DNA from: Cycas panzhihuaensis
Taxonomy: Eukaryota; Plantae; Cycadophyta
NCBI GenBank assembly: GCA_023213395.1
Contig: CM041465.1
Location: 123,449,741-123,513,740, forward strand
DNA length: 64,000 nt
Direction of reading: 5' to 3'
Below the pieces are notes generated by a model. The model ran no database searches and was not told the origin of the DNA. It saw only the letters and a program-made list of their open reading frames with translations. Positions 38,771 through 50,745 of this stretch are shown piece after piece. Each line of letters starts with the position of its first letter. Within the stretch, counting starts at the first letter, position 1. Made by a program: the position numbers and the translations under genes.

Positions 38771-41700
38771 TTGACCTAATTACAACCACTAAAGTCATTT
38801 GTAAAGAAATCTATTTTATAACCAATAACTCTCGAAGACATCTTTAGTAGATGGTATAAAAAATAGGCATTCCTTTATGACTTGTATAATGGTCTATAGT
38901 CAACATATACATATATTCCCATTCTTCTTTTTTACCACTATCATTGGTTTCACCCATTACCTATCGTCTACCTTATAAACATAACCTAAGGCCAACAATT
39001 TATCTAGCTCCACGTTTAACCGTGGGGTTTATTTGGTGAGGCTCTTTTTACATTAATTTTACACCTTCCACTAATGTTATCTTATATGCTCTAAATTTTG
39101 GTGTAATTCTATTGCTTTTATAAGACTGTACAAATATGTTTGTGTTATGTGAATAATATTGAAGCCTTTATGATAATGGTTATATCTTAATAATCACCCA
39201 TGTTTATATTTTAGAGTTAGATTTTATGTCCCAATATTGGTCTTATGAACCTTAAGCTCTTTTAAATAATTCCCTATCTTATCTTCTTCTATCTTGTGAG
39301 TCTGAGTCTTATTGTTTGTTCTTTTTCCATATGTTATGTTTATGTATTTAAGTGTGAGTTTCCCACAAAAATAATGAGAAAATATAAAAGAGAAACACCT
39401 TTTCTTTTTAGTTTTTCTACTCTATTTTTCCTCATTAATATGGTTGGTACGTGTTCTTCTCAACACAATAGTCACTGTAACATTTTTCTCAGCATAATGG
39501 CTAGCTTTCTCTCCATTCCATTCATTTGCAAAACACATAAGTTGGCCTCTGGTTTGATACAATATCAAAGTTTATCCATAATACGAACAATATTTGCACA
39601 AAGTAATCACTTTATTAATTTTACATTGGCTTCAAATATACAAATGTACAAAATGAATGGTGTTAATAAATACTAGGGTGGGACAAAGTCCCATTATAAA
39701 GGAAAGGAACACACTCATCTTCTAATTCAATTCTTCATGCACCTTGAAGCCTACAAACACCAATGGGTGCTAATTAGTAACAAATAATTTGAAATAATAA
39801 TAATAATAATAAAGAATAAGCATTAATACTAAATAAACTGTATACAAAATTAACTCCAGAACAATTCTACCTTTTAACTTTACCTTTAACAATGGGTGGA
39901 TTCTCATTTGATTGGCTAATTTTAGAAAGAATGTTGAGCATATTAAATGTGGCTTACTCATCTTACCTCATGTTTCCTCAAGAATATATTAACGTTTTGA
40001 GTCTCCATCTACTAATGTACCACTTATCAAGAGATCATGCATCAACATAGGTAGTTAGGGCTTTAAATTAGTATCCCTTTTTATCCTCTTTATAGTATAA
40101 ATGTTATTTCCTTTTTTTTGGGGGGTGGGGTGTTGGTGAACCTTTATGTCCTTATTATACAAAAGTGTATTGAAATACCATGCCACCATTTAAACACCTC
40201 CATAAGGAGAAACATTAATCCAAACTTTTTAAATAGTTCTCACAACAATCATAATTTCTAGCTTGTAGACAGATAATGTAATGCTTCATGTGATATCCAT
40301 TATGTATATATCCTTGTATATTTAATTTCCTTATATTTTGTTTTATGTTATAATGTAAATACATCTCTTGTTATAAAATTAGAGCTTAGTAGAAGCTCTA
40401 TCAGGGCGTGACATGTACCTTGATATATTTTTGTATTTTGTAGTCTAATGCTACATGATATTAGAGGTGAAAGGCCTATGTATGTATAACTATTTTAGGA
40501 GCCATATCCTCAAACATGTATAAATGATATAAATGATAAGTCCACTAGTAATAAAATATGATAATATGACATTAGGGACAAGATGCCTATGTACATATAA
40601 CTATTTTAAAAGCTATATGCTCAAACATATATAAATGATGTAAATAATAATTCCATTAGTAATAAAAGATGATAAGATTATTCAAGGGGAGAAAATAGGT
40701 GGGGGTAATATGATATGAATGTGGGAGGATTTCTTAAGAGTGAAAGTTATAGAGAGATGACATTTTTGTTTGATTATTTTTCTAATAAACCACTCAATCA
40801 TTAATACATGTTGTGGAGTGTGCCTATAGTTTTGACCTAGGTATGAAAATAATCCCTTTTAGAGTGTGACTAAAAAGGGGAACTTGTCTTAATTATTCTC
40901 TAATTACCTTGGTCTTCTCTAGCTACTTTTACCTTAAGTTAGTTATATGTCAAAGGTGATTGACCATTTATTGTAATTTGGAAGGGGATATATTATTTTA
41001 GTTAGTTGCCTCTTTCATTGGATATATATGGCATTCACTTATGCATTCTTATGTGGAGAGAGTATTCTACCCATAATAGGAGCTTTTTGGTATTGTGTTC
41101 TAGACGAAAGGTCCTTTTAAATTCACTAGTAGGTTGTATGGCTTTGGTTGTGTTGTGATACATAGTATTTTTATGGTGAGATGTGGTTGGTGGTGTGATG
41201 CCAGTTATTTGATACCTAGTATTATGAATTATAAGATACCATATGTGGAATGAGGGCACACATTTGATGCCTAATAAGCTTAATGGTAGGATGCCCCTAG
41301 TTTGAGCCCATATATTTCCATGGTAGGATGTCATAGTATTGTTATTAATATGCCATAAAGTTATCAATTCTATATAATAGTGTCATTGTTATTAGTATTC
41401 CAATGTTCATATCACATGCCTTAGCTCAAAGGAGGATTCTTATGATCAGTTTTTAAATGGATAGATGGTGAGATTTTAGGCACATTACCCACAATCAAGT
41501 ATGATTTCTTAGACTCTCTCATTAGATATGCATAGTATGCTTGTCATTTATTTTTGATTACTTTTATTTGTTTATTATTTTACCTTATATTGCATTTTAA
41601 TTAAGCATTTGCTTATGTTTATTACATCCCCCACCTATCGACAATAGAAATGGGATTTGTTTTCTAAAACTCATGTTATGGAGACACAACTTTCCAGGTT

Positions 41701-43449
41701 GAGTCAACATTCATGATAGTTAATATGATACATTTCTTCCATGGTGATACTTCTTGTTTATTTTGTTGCATACTCTTTTTTGGCCTCTATGAATGTCCTT
41801 CTCGAATTAACACGAGTTTGTACTCCTCTAAGCTAGCTAATATAAGTTAAACATAGGTTAATTACCCCTTTGAGTTAGTTATTATATGAGTTAAATATGA
41901 GTTAGTTCCTCTCTAAGTAATTTGTTTCGGTCAAAATAAGTACTTTTATATCAATTTTCACATACATTATATTTCTTTTATAATTTTCACCTTGAATTCA
42001 ATTGCAATTATTAATTCTACCTAGTCCATTATGTAGATCTCTTTGAGTATATACAAATTGAATGGTTATGGGTCTCTATAAGGATGTGAGACCCATTTTA
42101 CATTTCTATCCCCTCCGATTGGTCAATTTCATAGTATCTTGATGCTTACTTCATAATTAAAATCATCATAAATAGTGTAATTATTACTTATTAGTCTAAA
42201 AAACTAACTTTAAAATAAAATTTGAGATTTATTCTCTCTGTTAATAATCTTCATCCCTTGCTTGTTGACACTCAAGTAAGGCACTCTTCATCATTTTGAT
42301 TGTCCTTTGCAGAATTGACATTATCTTCCAATGGTGCTTCTCTCTCACACACTTATTTACTTGGTTTGTTTATTTCCATCTTATATTATTTATTTATTTA
42401 TTTTCTTGTATTGATTTATTACTTTAGAAGACCTATTAAGTGACTATTAACTGCACTTGGATGCCTTCTCCCTATCTTGAGGCAACCTTGATTCATCCTC
42501 TTATAGGGTTTCTTCAAGATCTCTTATGCTAAGAAGCTATTAGGTGCTTAGTAGTTCGTCCCTTGTGATATTATCTTGTATGTAGAAGATTAGAAAATGA
42601 GTTTCATATGCACATGCATACCAATGATAACTCATCATCAAGTGGAGGTGCTCATCAAACCACAAAGTAGATAAAAATCACTTATGTACTCTATTCCTTT
42701 TTTTGGTAAAAGAAAGGAATATTATGTTACAAGTAAAAAATATTTCCTTATTGATAGTACCCTAGGCTTTTATCACATATAAGATATATGGTACTTGTAG
42801 TACGAGATTTATCATAAACTCTTTGGACAACATACTTGCTTGTAAAAAAATTACCAAACTTGCCCATGGTGAGATCCTAGAATGCAAATAAAAATAAAAA
42901 AACTCATAATCTAACATTATACTGTCTCTTCACCTATTCATCATACTTTACTAGTGGGATGTGACTTTTTAAACTTTTTACTTACACATAGAAATGATAA
43001 TGTAAAATATACAAGAAATGTAGCTCTTGTCTTGATATTGGAAACTAAGTATAGAAATAAAGTACACTAAAGAGTACTAAATAGACATAAAAGAAAACTA
43101 AAGAGTATTGAAGTTCAATTCTCATAAGAGAAGATAATTACACACTTCCTTCTTCTACAATTTTGATCCTTAAATAGACAAAAGGGCCTTTTTCTTGTAA
43201 TCCTATTAGCAGGCCAAATGGCCTTTTATTTCATTGGTGGATTTGATGGCCTGTATACAAAAGTTAACAACTAGCACTTAAACTCCTAGTGTCTTACTCA
43301 TGAGTGCTAGTAGCCTGGTTCTACTAATTGCATATGGTCATGTAATAGGTCCTCTCCCCTAAGATGCTAAGTCCTTAAAGTAAAGAGGATATGAATGTTA
43401 CTTAACAAAATCCATTGATTCCCAAGTTACATCTTGACTAACCATAATC

Positions 43450-44960
43450 TTCTCCCCCTGTGGATCCCATAGTCTATAGGCTTTATTCTTAGTGCAATAC
43501 CTCATGAAGGCCTATGTTAGGGTAGACCTATCAAAGAATTTGTCAAAATACATCCATATATAATGTGGGGATGTAGTCCTTAAATACAAGGCACTATATT
43601 CTAATATCCCAATCCCAAACTCTAAATTTAGATGCCACTCTAAGGAGCATAGCGAAAAGGACTACCCTTTGAATAAGTCTGCAAAAGCCTAGAGTCCTAT
43701 TAAGTTTGATAGCATAAATCTTGTGGTAGAAACTCAAATAGTTGGATTGAGGCCACCAACAAAAAGACAAACACTAAGCTCAAGCCCAAACAATAACCTA
43801 TAATAGTAAACATACCTTCAAAGGCAAAGCCAAAACTTAAAAAGAAAGAGTCATAACCATTAAGTAGGGAGAAGGGCAAGGGAAAGATCTTTGAACTAAG
43901 GTTTGAAGAGCCTCCTTTAGTCACACCTAAATCTATTTCCTATTATGATATATGTAAAACTCCTAGGGCCAAGGGGCAAACTGAGTAGGAGAAGGGAAAA
44001 GTCTCCATCAAGGCATTTTTTCACCTAGTCGTTAAGTGACCTAAGTCTTCCAACAGTTCTCCCAAGTCTAATTAATTTCTTTTATTCAATGGCAACTCGA
44101 AGAGGGAGGGTGTTAACATCGACATAGAAAATATCCATGATAAACATTATTAGTTAGAACATAAGGGATTTATCTAACTAGCTTAGATGTGTAGTGGTAA
44201 GGAAATTTTATAATAGGTGTGTAGGTTTGGATGTCCTTTGCCTGTTGGAAGTTGAGTATTTTAGTAGTAATCTTAAGTTTGTGACTCTATATATTTGGAA
44301 TAAATGATAAACGTTATTAGTTAGAACATAAGGGATTCATCTAACTAGCTTAGATGTGTAGTGGTAACGAAATTTTATAATAGGTTTGTAGGTTTGGATG
44401 TCCTTTGCCTGTTGGTAGTTGAGTATTTTGGTAGTAATCTTAAGTTTGTGACTACATATATTTGGAATAAATCCATCCCTCTCTTCGCAGTATATGATGA
44501 GAGGTGGGATGATGCACTTATTTTGCTCAAATACCAATGGGACAAGCACATCATCATGCATGGCTTAGACCCCAAGAAGAGGCGTGTGAAGCTTATCATT
44601 AGGTGTTATAATATACTTTTAGCCATTATCACTATCGATGTATCTAATCTTCCCAATGAAAGAGGCATCCTATAGAATTAGATGCATGTAAACTTGCATG
44701 ACATTATGTGGGTGGTTTATAGGGACTTTAACATGATTGAAGCCCTAAATTATAAAATTGGAGGTAGGCCTTTTAAATAGAACCGCAATGAAAGGATTGA
44801 GTGGCTTTTATTCAAGAACAAATTTAGCCTTTATAACCCAAATGTTTCTAAAAGCAGGGAAAGGAACAATCTTTAGTTCATCTGGACTAATTTTGGGCAT
44901 GATAAGGATAGAATCTTGAAGAGACTTGACTAGGCATTATTTTAGGTATAACGACCTGCT
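43450..44960 (+). mobile_element. LINE 5' remnant: ORF1 3' part plus ORF2 AP-endonuclease domain
   Basis: ORF1-like AYVRVDLSK and a degenerate knuckle FRCHSKEHSEKDYP; ORF2 start MINIIS*NIRDL (SWNxRGL) at 44137; RDFN (GDFN), FIWTN, KRLD motifs. Confidence 0.78.
44137..44470 (+). repeat. 167-bp tandem duplication of the LINE ORF2 start
   Basis: 44137-44303 and 44304-44470 are near-identical and both begin ATGATAAAC. Confidence 0.9.
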
Positions 44961-46304
44961 CTTGTTAAGATGCCTACATGTATAGTGTAAATTGATTCTA
45001 TTTGAGCTCTCTTATATAATACTAAGGGTAAGTCCTGCTCTAGCATTGATGAATTACAAACTATCATTGTTGGGATCTCTATGTTTGATATCTTGCATAC
45101 TTTCCTTGATCAAACTTAATAACTATTAGAGCCCTTAGGAATTATTAGTGTGGATCTTAACATAAGGGAACTTAAACCTATTATGACCTTTAGTCATTAT
45201 ATACTCCTCTCAAAAAGTGAAAGAATTGTAGACTTTGTATCTCTTTTCTTCATTTTAGTTAAAATTAGAAAATTCAAACTAAATTGTGTTTTAGTTGTGT
45301 CACATAATATTTAGTCTATGGTCTATTAGATTAGTGCATTCCCCTCTTATATGTATTAAGGGATTATAGTGTGCACACTTCTTCATATATTAGTCATTGG
45401 TTGAATAAATGGTTCTTGATATGTGATTAGACACCCATATAATGGCATGCCCTATAAATATACATTATTTTATAATACAAGTTGGAGATAATTATTTTCC
45501 CTAAATGGTTGTGTGTTATGTTGTATTATGTATGTCATATTTTTATCTTGTATATTAGAATAATATTGATGTATTTGATACTGTGTAATTATGATATCAA
45601 ATCATGTAATTTTAACATAGTATTTGTGATGTGGTTTGATTCATAGAAGACTATAAGACTATGAGTGTGTCCACCTATCTATGTTATTTTTCAGAGCTTG
45701 TTTGAGATATGCTTGTTGAGATCAACGAGGAAGGTTGTATTTTAGTGAGTAAAGGTTGTTTCTTGGTTAGAAGATTGTTGAAGTTGCTTATTTTATAGGA
45801 TACCTATATAGAATGTTGGTATGTGTGTCTAAAGAGCATGTTGATGTGCAAACTTGAAGAGCATATTGGTGCATGTGCTATTAGAAAGCCAACTAGAGTA
45901 TGGGTGTTTTCCACTAGGGAAATGACATTTGATTTTGTGCTAGGTCAAGTTTTACCTCACAAATTTAATATATTTCACATCTAGCACAGAATCAACCACT
46001 TTTTAAAAAAATTGTCATATTATAGGGCTTAAATCATAGTCTAATAAACTAAACCTCAATAGTAAATAACATAATTTTTGAATAAACAAATCTATATTGA
46101 CTTTAACATTATAAGTGAAAAAATTAATCATCAACCTATAATAAGACCTACTCTAAATATGATTTAAAGATTGAATAATAAAACTAAATATTCGCACACA
46201 TCAAAAAATAAATAAAAATTAGTCTACTTCTAAGATAATTTATTTTTATTAACAAAGATTTCTAATCTATATACAATACATATACTACAACCTTAATATA
46301 CATA

Positions 46305-47303
46305 TAAAATCAATAATACTCCATAAAAGAATTTATAATTATCTTAACACTTGTCATAAATCTATCTAAGACTTTAATAAATTGTATGACATTTATTATC
46401 TAAGACTTTAATAAATTGTATGACATTTATTATCAACTTTAATGACTCATCACTTATTTAGTCTGTAACAAAGCTTCATAGAAAAATCATTTACTATAAA
46501 CGTTAAAAAGGAGAAAAAAAATTTCACGTTGAAAACTTGACAGATCATTATTTGCGATCAATCAAGACAGAAACGTGTAGACGAAATTCACGTTGAAAGC
46601 TGATAACGAAGCCGTTTTAGATCAATTAAGAATTGTTGAAAGCGAAGAAATGTCAAGGACAGTGCGTGTTGATTGTCCATAGAAAATTGGACTAGGATTA
46701 ATTACAAACTACGAAATTCGTATTCAATTATCAAATTGCGTGAGTTTGTCGTTAAAGCCCACCCGATATTCGTTCATGTTGACAATTAATTAACTGCCGA
46801 TACTCATATTTATTTCTTTCTTCTCTTAAAATCAATAATACTCTATAAAAAAATTTATAATTATCTTAACACTTGTCATAAATCTATCTAAGACTTTAAT
46901 AAATTGTATGACATTTATTATCAACTTTAATGACTCATCACTTATTTCGTCTAGAAGCTTCATAGAAAAATTATTTACTATAAACATTAAAAAAGAGTAA
47001 AAAAATTTCACATTGAAAACTTGACAAAGAATTGTTTGCGATCAATCAAGACAGAAACGTGTGGACAAAATTCACGTTGAAAGCTTATAAGGAAGTCGTT
47101 TTAGATCAATTCAGAATTGTTGAAAGCGAAGAAATGTCAAGGGCAGTGCGTGTTGATTGTCCATAGAAAATTGGACGGTGCGTGTTGATTGTCCCTAAAC
47201 CCTAAACCGGAGGCACAATTCGTATTCAATTATCAAATTGCGTGAGTTCGTCGTCAAAGCCCACTGGATATTCGTTCCTCTTGAGAATTAATTAACTGCC
47301 GAT
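46305..47303 (+). repeat. ~0.5-kb tandem duplication in the promoter of RLK copy 2 (46305-46801, 46827-47303)
   Basis: Both units run TAAAATCAATAATACT...TAACTGCCGAT; unit 1 holds an exact 34-bp tandem duplication (46367-46434). Confidence 0.9.
47193..47208 (+). promoter_or_regulatory. Interstitial telomeric repeat (CCCTAAA)2CC / telo-box AAACCCTAA
   Basis: Exact plant telomere units ~180 nt upstream of the ATG, absent at the homologous position in the other promoter copies. Confidence 0.7.
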
Positions 47304-47380
47304 GTTCATATAAGAGGAACGAGGAATGCATCTGAGCTGACCTGTGTGTGTTGTTCTTAGGTTGGAGATAAAGATCGGAA

Positions 47381-50300
47381 ATGTATCTGCTGAAGTTATA
47401 TTTGTTTCTTCTCTTATCCTCTGCAACTCGCTGCTCATCCTCATCGCCTCATCTCCATCCCCACCTCAACAACGCTTCCGATCAACACTCTCTTTTGCAA
47501 TTCAAGGCATCCATCGCATACGACCCTCTAAACGTACTCCTCAATTGGAATCCCAATCGCACTTCATTTTGTAATTGGAGTGGAGTTGCTTGCAGCCCCA
47601 CCAGGGACAGAGTGGTGGTTCTCGACCTCAGAAATCTGGGTTTACAAGGTACTCTCTCTCCTTTCCTTGGCAATTTGTCATTTCTGAGGAGGCTTGAACT
47701 TTTCAATAATAGCTTTTATGGAGGCATTCCAAAAGAGCTTGGATACCTTCGCCGCTTAAGAGAGCTCTCTCTTTCGCTTAATCCTTTGAGCGGAAGCATT
47801 CCCTCCCAACTCGGCCTCCTCACAAATTTAGAGCATCTTTACTTGGGAGAAAATAGCCTGACAGGCGCCATTCCGTCTTCCTTAGCCAACATCTCCTCCT
47901 TGACCGAATTGGAATTGGGGGGAAACAATTTGTCGGGCATCATTCCCCCTGAATTGGGAACACTCGCCCACTTGCAAGAGCTGGTCATACGTGAATGCAA
48001 AGTATCAGGTAGCATTCCCACTTCACTGGCAAATATCTCCACCTTGAATTTCTTGGCTCTTCGATCAAATCACATCAGCGGTATCATTACGCCTGAATTC
48101 GGTCGTCTTACAGGTCTCAACTTCCTTTCCTTTGGGGATAACCGCCTGGAAGGACCAATTCCTGCTTCCCTTTCCAACTGCACCTCTCTAACAACTCTGG
48201 AATTAGCCCTCAACCGCTTAATTGGACGCATTCCATGGGAGTTGGGCCACAAACTCACCAACTTAGCAACATTATTTCTTTGGGGAAATCAGCTGAGTGG
48301 CCCCATTCCAAACTCTCTTGCCAATTGTTCCCAACTCACGTTACTTGATCTCTCTTCAAATCACCTGAGCGGCGTGGTGCCAAGAGAGCTCGGTAAATTG
48401 CCTCTCCTTAAAGGCCTTTACTTAGAGGCTAATCAACTAAACAGTACTACATTGCCCATTCTTACATATCTCACCAATTGCTCCCTCTTAAAAGAGATAC
48501 AATTGAGCGGTAATCGGCTGAGTGGTGTTTTGCCTTCTGCTGTAGGCCAACTTTCTACCAAACTCTCTCTTCTAGCATTATCACTCAACACTATAGGAGG
48601 AAAAATACCTGAGCAGATTGGCAATCTAACTAACTTGACATATCTGGATTTGGGTGACAATCTCTTCAGCGGCGGCATCCCATCCGAATTTAAAAGACTC
48701 CAAAAGCTGGAAAGATTGTTTTTGACCAACAACGAATTAGAAGGGAGCATCCCAAGCGAGATCGGTGAACTACAAAGCTTGGGACAGTTATCACTCGACG
48801 GAAACATGCTTTCTGGACCAATTCCTCATTCTCTTGGCAATCTCCAGAAGCTCAGAAGGCTGGATCTTTCGGAAAACCAAATATCAGGAAACATACCTGC
48901 AACTCTGAGCAACTGTTGGCTTTTGGAATTGCTTGACCTGTCCTACAATAGACTCGATGGAGGGATACCGCCAGAGGTCGCCGGTCTACAAAATCTGCAA
49001 TTCTATTTCAACCTTTCAGGAAATTCTCTCCAAGGCTCCCTGCCTTTCGAGATTGGTAAAATGGTAATGGTCCAAGCTATAGACATCTCTGCCAATCAAT
49101 TGTCCGGCATAATTCCAACGACAATTGGAAGCTGTGCAGGGTTACAATATCTGAATCTGTCTAATAATGCCTTAGAAGGTCCAACTCCACTATCATTTGG
49201 AAATTTAAAAAGCCTCCAAGACTTGGACCTTTCTTCCAATAAATTGTCAGGTACAATACCGAAGTCTCTGCAGCAACTTCATATGCTTGCTCGCTTGAAT
49301 TTCTCATACAACAACCTAACTGGAGAAATTCCGAAAGGAGGGAATTTTGCAAAATTGACTAATGCATCATTTATGGGAAATTCTGGACTCTGCGGTTCAT
49401 GGATACACTTGCCTCCCTGTCCCAATTTCACTCTTTTGAAACAAACAGGGCATTCGCCTCTCAAAAGAGTGATAGTACCAATTGCAAGTGTTAGTGTCCT
49501 TATAATCTGCTGTTTACTCATAGGATTCTTTTGGAGATGCAAGAGTTTACATTTCTCAAAAACTCTCGCACTAAAACGGGAACTCCCTGTTATTTCATAT
49601 CAACAACTTATCCATGCAACAGATGGATTTAGTGAGGCCAACTTGCTTGGAGTTGGTAGCTTTGGTTCAGTCTATAAAGGAATTTTAGGGAATGGCACCA
49701 TGATTGCTATCAAGGTTTTTAATCTGCAGAATGAAGAGCACAATCAAAGTTTTGAAAAGGAACGCAAGGTATTAAAGAAAATTCGGCACCGGAATCTTGT
49801 TAGAATCATAACCTCGTGTTCAAGCCTTCATTTTAGAGCTTTGGTCCTCCAATTCATGCCAAAGGGAAGCTTGGAGAAGAATTTGTATCCCGATGACACC
49901 AGTGAGAACGAAGATGGTAATGCTTGTTCATTGAGCTTCCTCAACCGATTAAACGTAGCCATAGACATAGCCCATGGCATGCAATACCTTCATCATGACT
50001 GCTATGTGCAAGTTCTGCATTGTGATCTAAAGCCAAGCAACGTGCTTTTAGATGACAACATGACGGCGCATATTACTGATTTTGGCCTGGCCCGAGTAAT
50101 TTGTCCCACCTCTGAGGATTCCTTCACTTCAGCACATGCACTCAGAGGGTCCATTGGCTACATCGCGCCAGGTTTGCTTTTATGCTTCAAATGATCGAAA
50201 TATTGTTTGTCGCTTTTCTTGCATATCTTGTGTGTATGAGTTTTAGTAGAATAAAATTTGAAGATGATGGCTTGAATACAGAGTATGGATTAGGAGGGAG

Positions 50301-50745
50301 GGCTTCAACAAAGGGGGATGTTTACAGTTATGGCATTCTGTTAATGGAGATGCTGACTACAAGGAGGCCCAGCAGTGACATGTTCGTAGGAGGACTGGAC
50401 CTGCAGAAGTAGGTGAGCATGGCATTTCCTGATAGATTGCTGGATGTTGTTGACGGTACCCTACTAAGTAATGTGGGCGCTGAAGCAATAGACGGGCATA
50501 AGGTGTACAAATGTCTTACGGACCTCATACTTGTGGGTTTGTTGTGCACAAAACAATCCCCTGAAGAAAGACCAAGTATGAGAGATGTGGTGGGAGTGGT
50601 GGAGAGTATCAGAGCAACATTTCTTGGAACAACAACCATTGGAACTACCAAATTCGCAGCAGATATATCATCTTTGTTAGAAAGCAGGACTACAAGAGGC
50701 AACAACTTGGGAGCATTGGATAGCCGGAGTTGCTCTACATCGTAG
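47381..50745 (+). CDS. LRR-XII non-RD receptor-like kinase, copy 2: exons 47381-50171 and 50282-50745, premature stop at 50410-50412 (probable recent pseudogene or null allele)
   Basis: Signal peptide, LRRNT cap (CNWSGVAC), about 22 plant-type LRRs, GNSGLCG, TM helix, kinase with HCDLKPSN; GT-AG intron at the conserved GYIAP/EYG position; codon 974 is TAG where copies 1 and 3 have TGG. Confidence 0.93.

Noticed and set aside
37100-42900. Additional old Copia remnants (integrase-like trace ~38410, PBS-like trace ~40455)
   Set aside because: Too degenerate to define boundaries or frames by eye.
47381-50194. The 937-aa ORF as the complete protein
   Set aside because: It reads into the conserved intron at 50172; the true frame continues in exon 2.
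50409-50418. Splice rescue of the nonsense codon via AG/GTGAGC
   Set aside because: Use of this donor would leave the TAG in the exon, so it does not restore the frame.
47381-50745. Assigning the symbol FLS2, EFR or XA21
   Set aside because: Subfamily features are visible, but orthology needs a phylogeny.
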